Part shown: positions 8,667-19,486 of the stretch, piece after piece | Layout: the number at the start of each line of letters is the position of its first letter | How positions within the stretch are numbered: the stretch's first letter is position 1 | Assembly: GCA_044221725.1 (NCBI GenBank) | Contig: JBGAON010000004.1 | Coordinates: 275,557 to 339,556 of the forward strand | Direction: 5' to 3' | From: Elusimicrobiota bacterium | GTDB lineage: Bacteria > Elusimicrobiota > Elusimicrobia > F11 | DNA: 64,000 nt | Notes under the pieces: model-generated | The model's database searches: none | What the model was told of the DNA's origin: nothing | What the model saw: only the letters and a program-made list of their open reading frames with translations | Program-made: the position numbers and the translations under genes

Positions 8667-11600
8667 TTAAGCGCCGATGAGAGTGGCGCGAATGCGATCG
8701 AAATTTCTCAGATGATCGGCGTCCAACTCGACAACCTTCCCCAATTCTTTTGCGATGAGATTCACCAGGATGGCATCACGCAATTTCGGATCGGCGTTCG
8801 AGAGATCGAAGAAGTTCGCGGGCAGTGTCGCTATGTTTGTCGTTAACACAAAGCGCGATCGCGTCAGCACGCCGTTCGTCGCCGTCGCGACGTTTTGCAC
8901 GAATTGTGCCGCGGTCGCGCCTCGCACCTGGACCCGAACATTTGGGCGTGAATGTTCCCGAAGCCATTTCGAAAGTTGTTGTTTGGATGTTTCCGATTCC
9001 ACGGAAAAAACAATCGATTTGTTGGCCGGGAGCTTCTTGAACTGCGCGAGCCAATCGTTGGCTTGTGTTGCGACATCCGACTTGTCGTCCAGCATTGGAA
9101 TGATGTTCTCGGCGTCGGGCAACCGCTCAATGCGGTTGAGTAAAGCAGAATCATCGAATATGCGTTCCGCGGGAACCAGATCCACCAGTGTCTGGGATTT
9201 TGTGGCCGGCGTGGTTGCGGGCGTCGTCGGTGATGGCGGTTGCGGAGGCGTCGGGAATTCTTGTTGATTGAGTCCGGCCTCGTTTATCGCCTGCCAAACA
9301 AGAAATGTTGTGGCATAAGCGTTTAATTCCCGTTTCATAACTTGTTCCAAGAGCGCAAAATCTTGCTCTTCTTTGTTTTTGAGCGGTTTGTAATCGAGCA
9401 TTTCAAGCGCATGCGTTAACGCGGCTCGAGCCGTTTCCAATTGGTTCGCTTTTTCTGGGTCTTTCTCCTGGAAGGTTTCGGGTTTTGGCACTTCAGTGAT
9501 CAATGAGGATAGATCAGAATAAGCTTCCCAAAGGATTTCCCCGAATGGTGAATCTGAAGTTAGCGTCCAGCGCACGTCCGTAAAAAGACGGATTCGTTCG
9601 GCCATTTGTTCCAGTAGCGGCCGTTGTGAATTTAGGTGCGCCAACGATAAGAATCCGAACGAGCCACGGAACGCAACATTTCCCACGGCTTCCAAAACGG
9701 CGGCCGTCGCGAGCGCAGACAATTCATTCGACAAAATACGTTCGTGATGAATGGACGGCGGAACCGTCACAATATTCCTTTCCAAGGGCAGGCGTTTCAT
9801 CCACGAATAGACCAGTGTCCAAATCTGATATTCCGAACGAAGATAATTTCGGTCCGTTGGTGGATACGGCAGGTCCCAATGATCGATCAGTACCGCTCCC
9901 GAGGCCATCTTGTCCGACAATTCGTAAATGTCATTAAACGGATCGTATTTTCGAATCCTTGGTCTTGATTTCAAAGCAGCGACCATAAACTTTCCAATTT
10001 GGCTAGCGTCTTGGTGCCCGGATAATCGGAACATGGCGCCCAGTCGACCGGGCGTGGAGCGAATCCGTTTTAGAACCTGCAACATATCAACGTCGAATTG
10101 CTTCTCGATGCCCGATGCCAATTTCGCTCGATAAAAAGGCAACACATCGTCGTCAATTTGCACCGGAATTCTCTTGTAGAGAGCGATATTGCGGTTGGAC
10201 CCGTTGCCGGAAGAAAGTCCCAGTGCCAGATCCACGGCCCGATCGAGGCCGCCTTCGTGTTCAAGTCTTTGGCCGGTTGGCGTGCTAAGAAGTCTTTGCT
10301 TCAGTTCGCTTAAATCTTTTTCTCGTTGAACTGGGCCGAAATAAATAATGCGGACCCCTTGAGGGGCAAACTCTTTGGCCAATTGCCGAAAATGTATTTC
10401 CCGGGTTGCTCGGGCATCATCGTCGGTCGAATCATCCACCACGGTGAGCTCAACGCCATGTCCGAACAAAACGAAATTTTTCGCGTAGGCTTCCACCGCG
10501 CCGACGGCGTCCGCGCGATTGCGCGTGAGGATCGCCACGCGTTTGATTTCGTTTGCGTAAATAGATTCGTAGCGCCTCGTCGGATCTTGCATGAGTCCAT
10601 GGAACGCCTCGATCCACTCCGGCTCTGAAAAACTGAGATTGTTTGCCATGGAACTGATCGGATTTGAAATTATCAATCGGGAATGTTCAAGCGGCGTTGA
10701 CAAGAAGAAAGGTACCGGAATTCCTGTTTCCGCGTGCAACATGTTGGAGAAAGTTTCTAATTCCCGGTTTACGGCATCGCGCATCGCCACGGGATCGTTA
10801 TTATCAAGGGGTACGTTGACGGAACCGATATAACCTTGCATGACGAACTGCGCAAACTCCGTAGACGTGAAAGTTCTGGTGAGAATTTCTTTTATCAATC
10901 CTGCTGGTAATTGGTTTAGAAATCTTTTGATCGTGTTCGCGGCGCTCATGCGCTGATCCAATTGCTGCTCGGGTGTTAGAGTTAGTCTTGGCTTCTTATC
11001 TGATCCGGTGAACGCCACCGATCCGGGTTCGGGTGTTCTCACGATGGGTCCAGCTCCTCCGATCGTCAGCACGTTGGCGTTGGCACGAAAAACCGGATGA
11101 AGCACCGACGCATAGCTCATCCAATGCCAATCCGTTATCCATTTGATGAAGTTATGGACGACATGAAAGAAAACGACGAGCTCATATTTTTCGTGAGCCG
11201 GCAGTCCCCACGCATTCGAGGCCAGAAAACCGATGACGAGCGTCGGCATGAGCAGCCAGGCCGCATTCTGAAATTGTTGCTGAGAGTTTTTTATGAAGAC
11301 CGAGTTTACGACGAGGTGCAAAATATAAAAGAGAGCCATTGATTCGATGAGGCCAAGCCGTGGAAAAACAATTTCGAAAAGCAGGGATGCTTCTAAAAGA
11401 GGAGAAAGAAATCCAAACACCAGCAAGTCCGCGAAGAGGTTCTTCGTGAGCGGAACGGGCAACGGCGGCGTGTAACGCGGCATTCCGGCATCGTGTGCTT
11501 CTTTCAATAGGTCGCTGTAGGAGTCCGGCACAATCAGCGTGATTTTCGATTTGAATTGCGCGTCGATAAGATGGGCTTTGGCCAGCGCGGAAATTCGCAG

Positions 11601-14600
11601 CGTTACGGCGAATTTCGATGGCTCGGCCGGCGCGGCCTGAATTTCAACGTTTACATCGCTTCGCCGATTTGTAATTCGTGTCGGAAGAGTCTCGTGAAGT
11701 GGGAAATCGTAATCGTACTCTCGATTATGAACTTTTATTCTCGCTTGGCCGTTCTCGACGCCGATTTGGAATCGTCCAGTTCCCATTTCCAAATAGACCG
11801 GTTCATTTTTGAGCTCGAGCGTAAAGCTGCCGGACCGCGTAATGGGCAAAAACGTAAGCAATTTTCCGGGGTGGTGCTCTTGCCAGCGACCAACCCGGAC
11901 CACGCCAGCGCCCGGGAGTCGGAAAATGTGGAATTTTTCATTGAGGGAATAAGAACGATTAACAAACCGATTCACAACAAAATGAACAATCATTGGGGTG
12001 ATAATTTTGTTCGTTGCGTCCACCCAAACGTTCGTTATCGGAAGGTAATTTGTCACCAGTCCAACCGTCGCGATAATCGCAGCCGGTCTTGAACTAATCT
12101 TCGTGTGCAGAGCCTGCTGCAGGTGTGCGCCGAGGAAAAACGTCCATCGCATGAGGCCAATCCAGCGGAGAACGTCGGGCCGCAATTCAACGGGGCCGAG
12201 ATAACTGTTCGCAAGAAAAAATACAACGGACGCGAATGATATCGCGAGCATCAGGAACGGAATGTCATCGGCGTACCATGCGTGATGGCGCGCGTAAGCT
12301 TCATCAGACATTTCCGGGTAGAAGAAGTTTTTGAAGCTCAGCAATACCCCACCTTGAACACCAGTGGAAATCAATTCCTGCTTCGGACGTTTCGGTTTGG
12401 CAAGATAGTCGGAAAGCTCTTTGATTATTCGATCACGGTCTTCTGTTTTAAGCGTGGGCTCATCGCGCTCTTCTCTCAGCGTGCGTTTTTTGGCCGATGT
12501 TTCTCCTGCCATTTTTTTATGCGCATGGTCATACGCGACGACTTTTTGCAAGTAAGAAAAATTTGCTTTCAGTACGGCACGGCTGACGAGCTCATCGTAC
12601 AGTTCAAAAATGAATTGGTTCGACGCGCCTTCGTAACCAAAGTTGCCATAAAACGCGATAACGCGGAGAAGTGATTTCTGAAGATCGACCACGTTTTTGC
12701 CGATGTCGACCATTACCGCACGAAGGCCCCCTGCGTCGTTCACGACAAAGTTGCCCGCATGCATATCTTGGGGCATTGCGTTCATTTCCCATGCAATAGT
12801 AAGCAACGAACGCACGATTCCAGCTCGATCTTCTTGCGTCAGCAATCCTTGATCTTTTAATTCACGGGCCGTCGGACCTTTCACAAATTCTTCGAGGAAA
12901 TAATGGATCGGTCCTTCAGAATCTTCTTCCTTTATCTCGAAGCCAAATACCGGTGTGTGATCCGTCTCTTGTGAAAGGATCTTTAGCCACTCAATCTCGT
13001 GTTGCGAAATATCGCCTTCGGTTTTGGGTCGTTTCAGCGCGACGAGGACTTCGAACGGTTTGTGATTGTTTTTCTTTTCGAATTCCATTCGAAAAACCAT
13101 CTTGTGATACCCTTCTGCCTGATAACCTACTTTCACAACACCGGTGAAATCATCGGCAATAAATTCAACCGGCTGACGGGTTTTTGCATGCCATCCATTC
13201 GCATCCAACTTGTTCACAAACTCAAGAATTTCGTTGGTGCTTCGCTTTGCGAAATCACGTTCGAGGGCGCGCGCAAATCGTTCAACAAAATGTTCACGTT
13301 CCCGAAACTCGGCCGACGTTTCGTGGGGAAATTTTTTTCGGTCGACAACTTCGATGGTTGTGAAGATCGACGCCAGCGGTAGTTTGTTGATGAGACGTTT
13401 CGCCCACGAATAATGTCTGGCCGCAAAAAAATTCACAAAAAGAACGAACGCGTTATACGCGGAATGGGAGTGAAATGCGATTGATTCGGGATCGGACAAT
13501 CCAAGAAGATGGGGGAGACAGAACAAAGCGCCAAGAAAAGAACGTTGAACGAGATCGGACGCCCGGTTCGGCTGCTCAGCGCGCAGAATCCACGCGACGA
13601 TCGTGTGCGCAAACGCAAAACCGACGGTGGCAATGAAAAGCCCGATCCCGATGGCAAGTGCTGGATCAAAACCGACCGTTGATAAAAATACTGGCAACTT
13701 TGTGAGCGTTAGTTGATGAAACACACGCGTTTCCCACCAGGCCGATCCGAACACGGTAAGCACGGCGTACGCGCCGGGCATTTTTCTGAAAACCGGATCG
13801 AAAATGGATGCCATTCCGATGGGACGGAAAGATGCTCGCTCTTGAATTGGAAATGTCGATTGGAATATTTTCTCGAGATATTTCTGAAATGGCGAAGGAC
13901 GGTGCCGAGCATCTTGCATGAAACGATCGAATGCCCGAACATGCACGAGCTCCCGGCGATCTCGCGCATCGTCCAAATGGCCCAGCCAATCCGGATAAAG
14001 TTCAGTTAATTCATTGAGGATTTGAGCGGCTGATTTTCGTTCCTGTACACGCGCTCGTAGGGCTTGGAGAAACCATGGTTCGTTGATGAGAGAGAGGAGT
14101 TCCGAATCAGTCTCGGATGAGAACCTTGTTCCAAATTCAACATCCGAAGGCGTGGTTCGCAAAGTTCTTATCAGTTGCAAAACCATTGAACGTCGCAGCT
14201 CCAGATTCAAAGCATCTGTAATTCTCGCGTGCAAAAGAGACGATGTGAGTTCTTTCATCTCCGCTGGGAATTGTTTTTCGAAAATAGAAATAAAGGAATT
14301 CAAATTTTCTACAAACGATTCTTGTTTGATATCGGACATCAAGTAAGCATCCACGTCCGTCTCGAATCCCCCCAGCTTGCCGGTCGTGACCCACTGCGGA
14401 TTTGCTGCAAACCCATATTGCTGATAAGTCTCAGCGAGGAGTTTCCGTTCATCCGCGGTCGATAAATTTTTTCCGTTCCGTGCCGCCAAAAATTGCGCCC
14501 ACACTATCCTTTCGATGAGACGCCCGAATTGCCCGGTCGGATTTGGGCCGTTCGGCGACAATTCTTGAATCAACGGCTCGTAGTACGTTTCCAATAGCAT

Positions 14601-17600
14601 GTCGCGCGTAGATGAAAAGAAACCTTCGCCCGCGGAGCGAACGCGGTCAGCGGTTTGAATTTGAAATGACGGGGACAACAGCGTGCGTTCCACCGGAATC
14701 CGTTCCAGTAAGTCGGTGGAAGAACCCTCTGAGAATCCGCCGATTTCGGAAAATACGCGAGACCGTACGATCATGCGTGCCGCGCATTGCGCGGCCGGCG
14801 CTTTGCTCAACGGTCCACTCCAGAGGTGCCCCAACGCATTCCCAAGCTGGAATCGATACGTGCGTTTAAAATCTTCCTCGGAACCACCGCCTCCAAAAAA
14901 CATTTTCATGTCCGGCACGACGGCGTCAATGTTCGCGCGGCGCTGGTCTTCAATGAGTTCGGCGATGGAATTGCTGGTAACGGTCGTATCGGCTTCCATA
15001 AACCACACGAAACCGTTCGTTTGGATTGTATCGAAACGAGCGGTCGCGACATTCCCGACGGTGTTGAACAAAATGTCCGGCCGATTGTTAAGCCCGGCTG
15101 TGTTGTCCAAGGCATGAACCACAAGGCCGCTTTGCACAATTTTTTCGACGAGCCCACGATACTGCTCCGGTACAAACGACGGAATCCATCCGGCGGGTTT
15201 GTTTCGCAACCGTAAAAATGCGACGAGTTTTAATGTTAGTTGGTTATCGATAAATCCTTCGCCTCGGTTCGAGGCCAGTTCCGAGGAGTTGTTTACGTTG
15301 AGGATAATTTCAAATGAGTTTGAACTCACCGCGTTTTGATTGGCGAAGCTGGCCAACATCCGGAAAATATTTCCATTGGAGAATTCGCGGTACACGGGGA
15401 CAGCCACGCTAATTTTTAGTTGTGGGCTTGGTTTCGAAATGAGTGTCGGTTTGTTCCTGGTCGCTCGGTTTAGCGCGATGGCCAAATCCCGAATCTTCGA
15501 TCGTGGAATGATCAATGTGCGGGCTTCCTTCACTGGCACGAACTTTCGGAATGCCAAAGACAAAGAAGCGATATCGATAACGCGTTCGTACAAAAGAAGC
15601 CCCGGGTTTGGAGCTGGTTCAAAGTCCACCCCGACGGATTCTTGAATTTTCTTCCCCAGGGATGTGGACCACAAATGCGAATGAAGGACGAACGATTCGA
15701 ATGGGACAGAAGGATCCCCAAAATCGATCCGATCGGCGAGTTCGTTCACATCCTGCGCAATCTGCTGAAGGAGCGCGCCGGTCGAAAGCTTTCGCTGAGA
15801 TGCGAACGTATTGTTGAAATGCAGCGCTGCGGTGTTTTTTTGATCGGACCAAACCGTCGGATAAAGCTTTGTGACCCGGCCGACGGCGACGCCGTAAAAG
15901 CGAAGATGCAACAAGCAGCCGGCGTACAGAATGCTCGCTATGGCGAGCAGCATTTTCCCGAGCACGGAGGCAGAAAAGATCGTGCCGATGACCGTGAGGG
16001 TCGTCGGAAGCGAAAGAGAAATCATGGCCTGCAGCGGTGTCTTTGGCATCACGAAATGTCGGACCATTGTCCCGGCAAAAACGAGGCGCGACACGCCACG
16101 CAATCTCGGGAAGACGTTTCGAATTGAGAAGCGCAGTGCGGTTTCTCGATTGTCGATATTGATTCGTGGCGCCAAGAACAGCTTCTCACCGGAAAACAAT
16201 TTCTCGAGCGGCGTTTTTTCGCGTGCAAAAACAGATAAGTACGCGCTGCCATCAACACCGTCGATCTTTGAAATTCTCGGTGTTGCCACGATGAACGGCG
16301 TTTTTCGCTCCCGTAACATCGCGGTAATGGCCGGAGTATGGAAGCCGCCAACGATCAGGACGATCGTCCCTGCGGCTGTGTCCTTCGTGCTTCGATCGAA
16401 AAGATTCAGAACCATCTTTTCGCTACGAACATCCGCCTGCCGATAAAACTCTTCAAACGCGGTTAAATCAATGCCTTCACGACGCACGTCGTGCGACATA
16501 CGTCGTACCAGTTGATATCTCTCCCATTCTTTCGGTGTGAGCGCGAATTCTGTTAGTTTGCGCGTGAGCGCCAGGTGTTCGCTCTCCGCGAGAATTTTTT
16601 TCTGCTCGGGCGTGGTGGCCAGCGCCGATTGAATTTCGTTTTCGCGCTTCTCGATCTCTTCGAACAATGCGTTCGGTCGAATGTCGTTCGCGACAATCAC
16701 GTAACGCAGATAACGTTTGAAGGCCGGAGCCGAATTCAGCGCGACACCTTTGCTCGCGAACGTGTCGCGGAGAATTTCGTAGTAGCGACCCAGCGTCATT
16801 TCGCCTCGACGGTAGGCCAGACTCTGCGCCACCAAATCCGCGGATTCGGCCGGAGTCAATTTTTGGCCGAGCGCCCGCACCACCGCACGGCGTTCACTTT
16901 CGACCTTTTCAAAATCCAATTCTTGTTCGGTGTTGTACGCTTCAAGGAACCGAGAAAGATTTGGGAAGCGCGCGTCATTTTCTCTTAACAACGCCTGCGC
17001 ATAACGGCCCAGCCCCACGGTCCCATTCTCGTAAGCGCTCTTAAGGGCATCGAACGTTTTCAACTCGGCGGTAAAAGCCCGGTTTTTTTCCGTGTTGAGA
17101 GCCGCTCGACGGGCTGTCATTTCGTTCGTGACGTTTTTTTCTTTCAGGCGCGAAGCGAGATAGGCGTCGACGTTCGCTTGATAGTGAGCCGCGTCGTCAA
17201 TGCCGGTGAAGAGGGGGAGCTTAGCGGCGCTCGTGAGACCGGCGTAGGACGGTGCCGCGAGCTCATTTTTCATCAGCGCATCTTCGGCGGCCTCGTGTAA
17301 GACTTTTCGATCGATTCCGGATCGGAAGGGTTCAAAGGTGAACGGTGCAAACGCGCCTTCGACGCCCACGAGCTGAACCGGATTTTTTTCAATAAGTCGT
17401 TGAAGGGTGCTCCCGATATTTGATTGCGCCTCGGTGTTCATGTGCACGTCCTGAAGCACGATCACGGGCACCGGGCGCTTTTCGGCGGACCTCTCGGGAG
17501 AAAATACGTCCGCTATCTGTATATTTTCGCGCGGCAGTATTTCGAGCAAGCGTCTTAGGTCCGCTGGCAACGTCTCAAAGTGTTTTTCGATCACGGGCGT

Positions 17601-17816
17601 TCGGTTCGGAGGGACAATGCTGCTTTTAACTGCCAGCAGCTGTTGTTCAAACGCGGAAAAGGTAGGCGCGGCCACCAATTGCGCGGAGGCCGGCGTTCGC
17701 GCTTGGCGCCGTTCTTTCCAAATGCTCATTTCGGGTTGATTTGCCAACGCGATTTGCGTGGTGAAATAAACCAGAGAAAGCGTCAACGCGAGGGATTTTT
17801 TCACAGCGGTTTTCAT
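8667..17816 (-). CDS. Giant 3049-aa multidomain secreted/membrane protein: TraB/ChaN-like N-domain, two GT-A-like domains, kinase-like domain, three CPBP-like membrane modules
   Basis: Uninterrupted ORF with a signal peptide. Motifs QDVH/GVEG/GGFH, VAVPVYRE...EADT, VALK...DMHAGN...VDIG, ILTRNR...VVDD...RN...IDDD, and three FxxxH/HxxxN hydrophobic blocks. Confidence 0.8.
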   Translation of the reverse strand: MKTAVKKSLALTLSLVYFTTQIALANQPEMSIWKERRQARTPASAQLVAAPTFSAFEQQLLAVKSSIVPPNRTPVIEKHFETLPADLRRLLEILPRENIQIADVFSPERSAEKRPVPVIVLQDVHMNTEAQSNIGSTLQRLIEKNPVQLVGVEGAFAPFTFEPFRSGIDRKVLHEAAEDALMKNELAAPSYAGLTSAAKLPLFTGIDDAAHYQANVDAYLASRLKEKNVTNEMTARRAALNTEKNRAFTAELKTFDALKSAYENGTVGLGRYAQALLRENDARFPNLSRFLEAYNTEQELDFEKVESERRAVVRALGQKLTPAESADLVAQSLAYRRGEMTLGRYYEILRDTFASKGVALNSAPAFKRYLRYVIVANDIRPNALFEEIEKRENEIQSALATTPEQKKILAESEHLALTRKLTEFALTPKEWERYQLVRRMSHDVRREGIDLTAFEEFYRQADVRSEKMVLNLFDRSTKDTAAGTIVLIVGGFHTPAITAMLRERKTPFIVATPRISKIDGVDGSAYLSVFAREKTPLEKLFSGEKLFLAPRINIDNRETALRFSIRNVFPRLRGVSRLVFAGTMVRHFVMPKTPLQAMISLSLPTTLTVIGTIFSASVLGKMLLAIASILYAGCLLHLRFYGVAVGRVTKLYPTVWSDQKNTAALHFNNTFASQRKLSTGALLQQIAQDVNELADRIDFGDPSVPFESFVLHSHLWSTSLGKKIQESVGVDFEPAPNPGLLLYERVIDIASLSLAFRKFVPVKEARTLIIPRSKIRDLAIALNRATRNKPTLISKPSPQLKISVAVPVYREFSNGNIFRMLASFANQNAVSSNSFEIILNVNNSSELASNRGEGFIDNQLTLKLVAFLRLRNKPAGWIPSFVPEQYRGLVEKIVQSGLVVHALDNTAGLNNRPDILFNTVGNVATARFDTIQTNGFVWFMEADTTVTSNSIAELIEDQRRANIDAVVPDMKMFFGGGGSEEDFKRTYRFQLGNALGHLWSGPLSKAPAAQCAARMIVRSRVFSEIGGFSEGSSTDLLERIPVERTLLSPSFQIQTADRVRSAGEGFFSSTRDMLLETYYEPLIQELSPNGPNPTGQFGRLIERIVWAQFLAARNGKNLSTADERKLLAETYQQYGFAANPQWVTTGKLGGFETDVDAYLMSDIKQESFVENLNSFISIFEKQFPAEMKELTSSLLHARITDALNLELRRSMVLQLIRTLRTTPSDVEFGTRFSSETDSELLSLINEPWFLQALRARVQERKSAAQILNELTELYPDWLGHLDDARDRRELVHVRAFDRFMQDARHRPSPFQKYLEKIFQSTFPIQERASFRPIGMASIFDPVFRKMPGAYAVLTVFGSAWWETRVFHQLTLTKLPVFLSTVGFDPALAIGIGLFIATVGFAFAHTIVAWILRAEQPNRASDLVQRSFLGALFCLPHLLGLSDPESIAFHSHSAYNAFVLFVNFFAARHYSWAKRLINKLPLASIFTTIEVVDRKKFPHETSAEFREREHFVERFARALERDFAKRSTNEILEFVNKLDANGWHAKTRQPVEFIADDFTGVVKVGYQAEGYHKMVFRMEFEKKNNHKPFEVLVALKRPKTEGDISQHEIEWLKILSQETDHTPVFGFEIKEEDSEGPIHYFLEEFVKGPTARELKDQGLLTQEDRAGIVRSLLTIAWEMNAMPQDMHAGNFVVNDAGGLRAVMVDIGKNVVDLQKSLLRVIAFYGNFGYEGASNQFIFELYDELVSRAVLKANFSYLQKVVAYDHAHKKMAGETSAKKRTLREERDEPTLKTEDRDRIIKELSDYLAKPKRPKQELISTGVQGGVLLSFKNFFYPEMSDEAYARHHAWYADDIPFLMLAISFASVVFFLANSYLGPVELRPDVLRWIGLMRWTFFLGAHLQQALHTKISSRPAAIIATVGLVTNYLPITNVWVDATNKIITPMIVHFVVNRFVNRSYSLNEKFHIFRLPGAGVVRVGRWQEHHPGKLLTFLPITRSGSFTLELKNEPVYLEMGTGRFQIGVENGQARIKVHNREYDYDFPLHETLPTRITNRRSDVNVEIQAAPAEPSKFAVTLRISALAKAHLIDAQFKSKITLIVPDSYSDLLKEAHDAGMPRYTPPLPVPLTKNLFADLLVFGFLSPLLEASLLFEIVFPRLGLIESMALFYILHLVVNSVFIKNSQQQFQNAAWLLMPTLVIGFLASNAWGLPAHEKYELVVFFHVVHNFIKWITDWHWMSYASVLHPVFRANANVLTIGGAGPIVRTPEPGSVAFTGSDKKPRLTLTPEQQLDQRMSAANTIKRFLNQLPAGLIKEILTRTFTSTEFAQFVMQGYIGSVNVPLDNNDPVAMRDAVNRELETFSNMLHAETGIPVPFFLSTPLEHSRLIISNPISSMANNLSFSEPEWIEAFHGLMQDPTRRYESIYANEIKRVAILTRNRADAVGAVEAYAKNFVLFGHGVELTVVDDSTDDDARATREIHFRQLAKEFAPQGVRIIYFGPVQREKDLSELKQRLLSTPTGQRLEHEGGLDRAVDLALGLSSGNGSNRNIALYKRIPVQIDDDVLPFYRAKLASGIEKQFDVDMLQVLKRIRSTPGRLGAMFRLSGHQDASQIGKFMVAALKSRPRIRKYDPFNDIYELSDKMASGAVLIDHWDLPYPPTDRNYLRSEYQIWTLVYSWMKRLPLERNIVTVPPSIHHERILSNELSALATAAVLEAVGNVAFRGSFGFLSLAHLNSQRPLLEQMAERIRLFTDVRWTLTSDSPFGEILWEAYSDLSSLITEVPKPETFQEKDPEKANQLETARAALTHALEMLDYKPLKNKEEQDFALLEQVMKRELNAYATTFLVWQAINEAGLNQQEFPTPPQPPSPTTPATTPATKSQTLVDLVPAERIFDDSALLNRIERLPDAENIIPMLDDKSDVATQANDWLAQFKKLPANKSIVFSVESETSKQQLSKWLREHSRPNVRVQVRGATAAQFVQNVATATNGVLTRSRFVLTTNIATLPANFFDLSNADPKLRDAILVNLIAKELGKVVELDADHLRNFDRIRATLIGA

Positions 17817-17892
17817 TGCCTCTTCATTGTAAGAACCACGGATTAAAATCGCCTTAAAAGCCGGTAAATTTTTGGTAACGAAATTGGGCTAT

Positions 17893-17921
17893 TTGACAAT
17901 CCTCTAAGGCTTATCTATACG
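17893..17921 (+). promoter_or_regulatory. Sigma70-like promoter of the pgm gene
   Basis: TTGACA-17 bp-TATACG ending 8 nt before ATG 17930; no SD. Confidence 0.5.
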
Positions 17922-17929
17922 GCAGATCT

Positions 17930-19402
17930 ATGGCTATTAAGTTCGGAACATCCGGTTGGCGGGGAATTATCGCCGAAGAATTCACTCTTCCGTCGCTGCG
18001 CATTTGTACGCAAGCGATTGCGGAACAGATTTTCAAAGAAAAAAATCACATCAAACCCGTGATTGTTGGTTACGACACGCGGTTCATGTCCGAAAAGTAC
18101 GCCTCCGAAGTGGCCAGTATCCTCGCGAACAATGGAATCGAAGTTAAATTTTCGAACCGCGATGTGCCAACACCGGTCGTGGCGTTCGAAATTTTGCATT
18201 CGGAGGCGGGCGCCGGTTTGAACATCACGGCGAGCCACAACCCGTACACTTACAACGGGTTGAAATACTCGTCCTCATGGGGCGGGCCGGCTCTTCCGGA
18301 GACCACGCACGCGATTGAAGCGCTCTGCACAATTATTAAAGAGAGCGAAGTTGCCACTTCTTCCAAATCCGACGATCCGCGCCTCACGAACAAACTGATT
18401 CGCCCAGAAGATTTTCGTCCCGCCTATGTCGAGCACGTAAAAAAGCTTATTGATGCGGAACCGTTCAAGCAGAAGAAATTAAAGATTGTCGTCGACGTCT
18501 TTCACGGCACCGGCCGCGGCTATGTCGCGGAGATTCTCAAGGACCTCGGTTGCGAGGTGACGGTGTTGCACGAATCGAGAGACGTTTATTTCGAAGGCAA
18601 AGGTCCGGATCCGTCGACGGAAGGCTTGAGCGAATTGATCGCGGCGGTCAAAAAGCAAAAAGCCCATTTGGGGCTCGCGACGGACGGCGACGCCGACCGG
18701 TTTGGTGTTGTGGACGCCGACGGAACGGTTTATTCGGCGAACGATATTCTCGCGCTTTTAGCCAAATATCTTCATACGTCGCGCGGTTGGCAGGGCGTGA
18801 TTGCGAAAAGTGTGATGACGACCCATGCGATCAATGCGGTCGCGCGCAAATACGCGTTGACCGTCAAAGACACACCGGTTGGTTTTAAGCACATCGGTGA
18901 AGTCATGAAAGAGTCAGAATCGATTTGGCCGCAGCCGGACGGAGAATTCGTAATGGGCGCCGAAGAGTCTGGTGGTTTTACCATGCGTGGCCACGTGCCG
19001 GAGAAAGACGGAATTCTGGCCTGTTTGCTGGTGGCCGAGATGACCGCAACGAGCGGCGCAACAATCAAAGAGCAACTTAAGGATTTGCACAATGATGTCG
19101 GTGTGTTTTTGTCCCGCCGCATTAATATTGAGGCAACGCCGGACATCGTGCAGGCGCTCAAGGAACAGTTTGCAACCAAACCACCGGTTCAAATTGATGG
19201 TTTGCACGTTCAACGTATTGTTGATTTGGACGGCTTCAAGTTCGTTTTCCATGGCGGCAGCTGGTTGGGCGTTCGGTTCTCGGGCACCGAACCCATCGTG
19301 CGGTTGTACCTCGAGGGAAATTCCGAGGAACAGCTGAAGATCCTCCAAAAAGCCGGCGAAAGCCTTATCCATCCAAAGCGCAAACTCGCTCTCCAACACT
19401 AG
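17930..19402 (+). CDS. Phosphoglucomutase/phosphomannomutase family
   Basis: FGTSGWRG, TASHNP (phospho-Ser), DGDADR, AEESGG and RFSGTEP. Confidence 0.95.
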   Translation: MAIKFGTSGWRGIIAEEFTLPSLRICTQAIAEQIFKEKNHIKPVIVGYDTRFMSEKYASEVASILANNGIEVKFSNRDVPTPVVAFEILHSEAGAGLNITASHNPYTYNGLKYSSSWGGPALPETTHAIEALCTIIKESEVATSSKSDDPRLTNKLIRPEDFRPAYVEHVKKLIDAEPFKQKKLKIVVDVFHGTGRGYVAEILKDLGCEVTVLHESRDVYFEGKGPDPSTEGLSELIAAVKKQKAHLGLATDGDADRFGVVDADGTVYSANDILALLAKYLHTSRGWQGVIAKSVMTTHAINAVARKYALTVKDTPVGFKHIGEVMKESESIWPQPDGEFVMGAEESGGFTMRGHVPEKDGILACLLVAEMTATSGATIKEQLKDLHNDVGVFLSRRINIEATPDIVQALKEQFATKPPVQIDGLHVQRIVDLDGFKFVFHGGSWLGVRFSGTEPIVRLYLEGNSEEQLKILQKAGESLIHPKRKLALQH

Positions 19403-19486
19403 TTTTCCGAGGAAAAGCGTTAAAAATTGCTTTTAGCGCTCTTTTATTTAATCTGATAGACTCCGGCCCTCCCGTAGGAGAACCTT

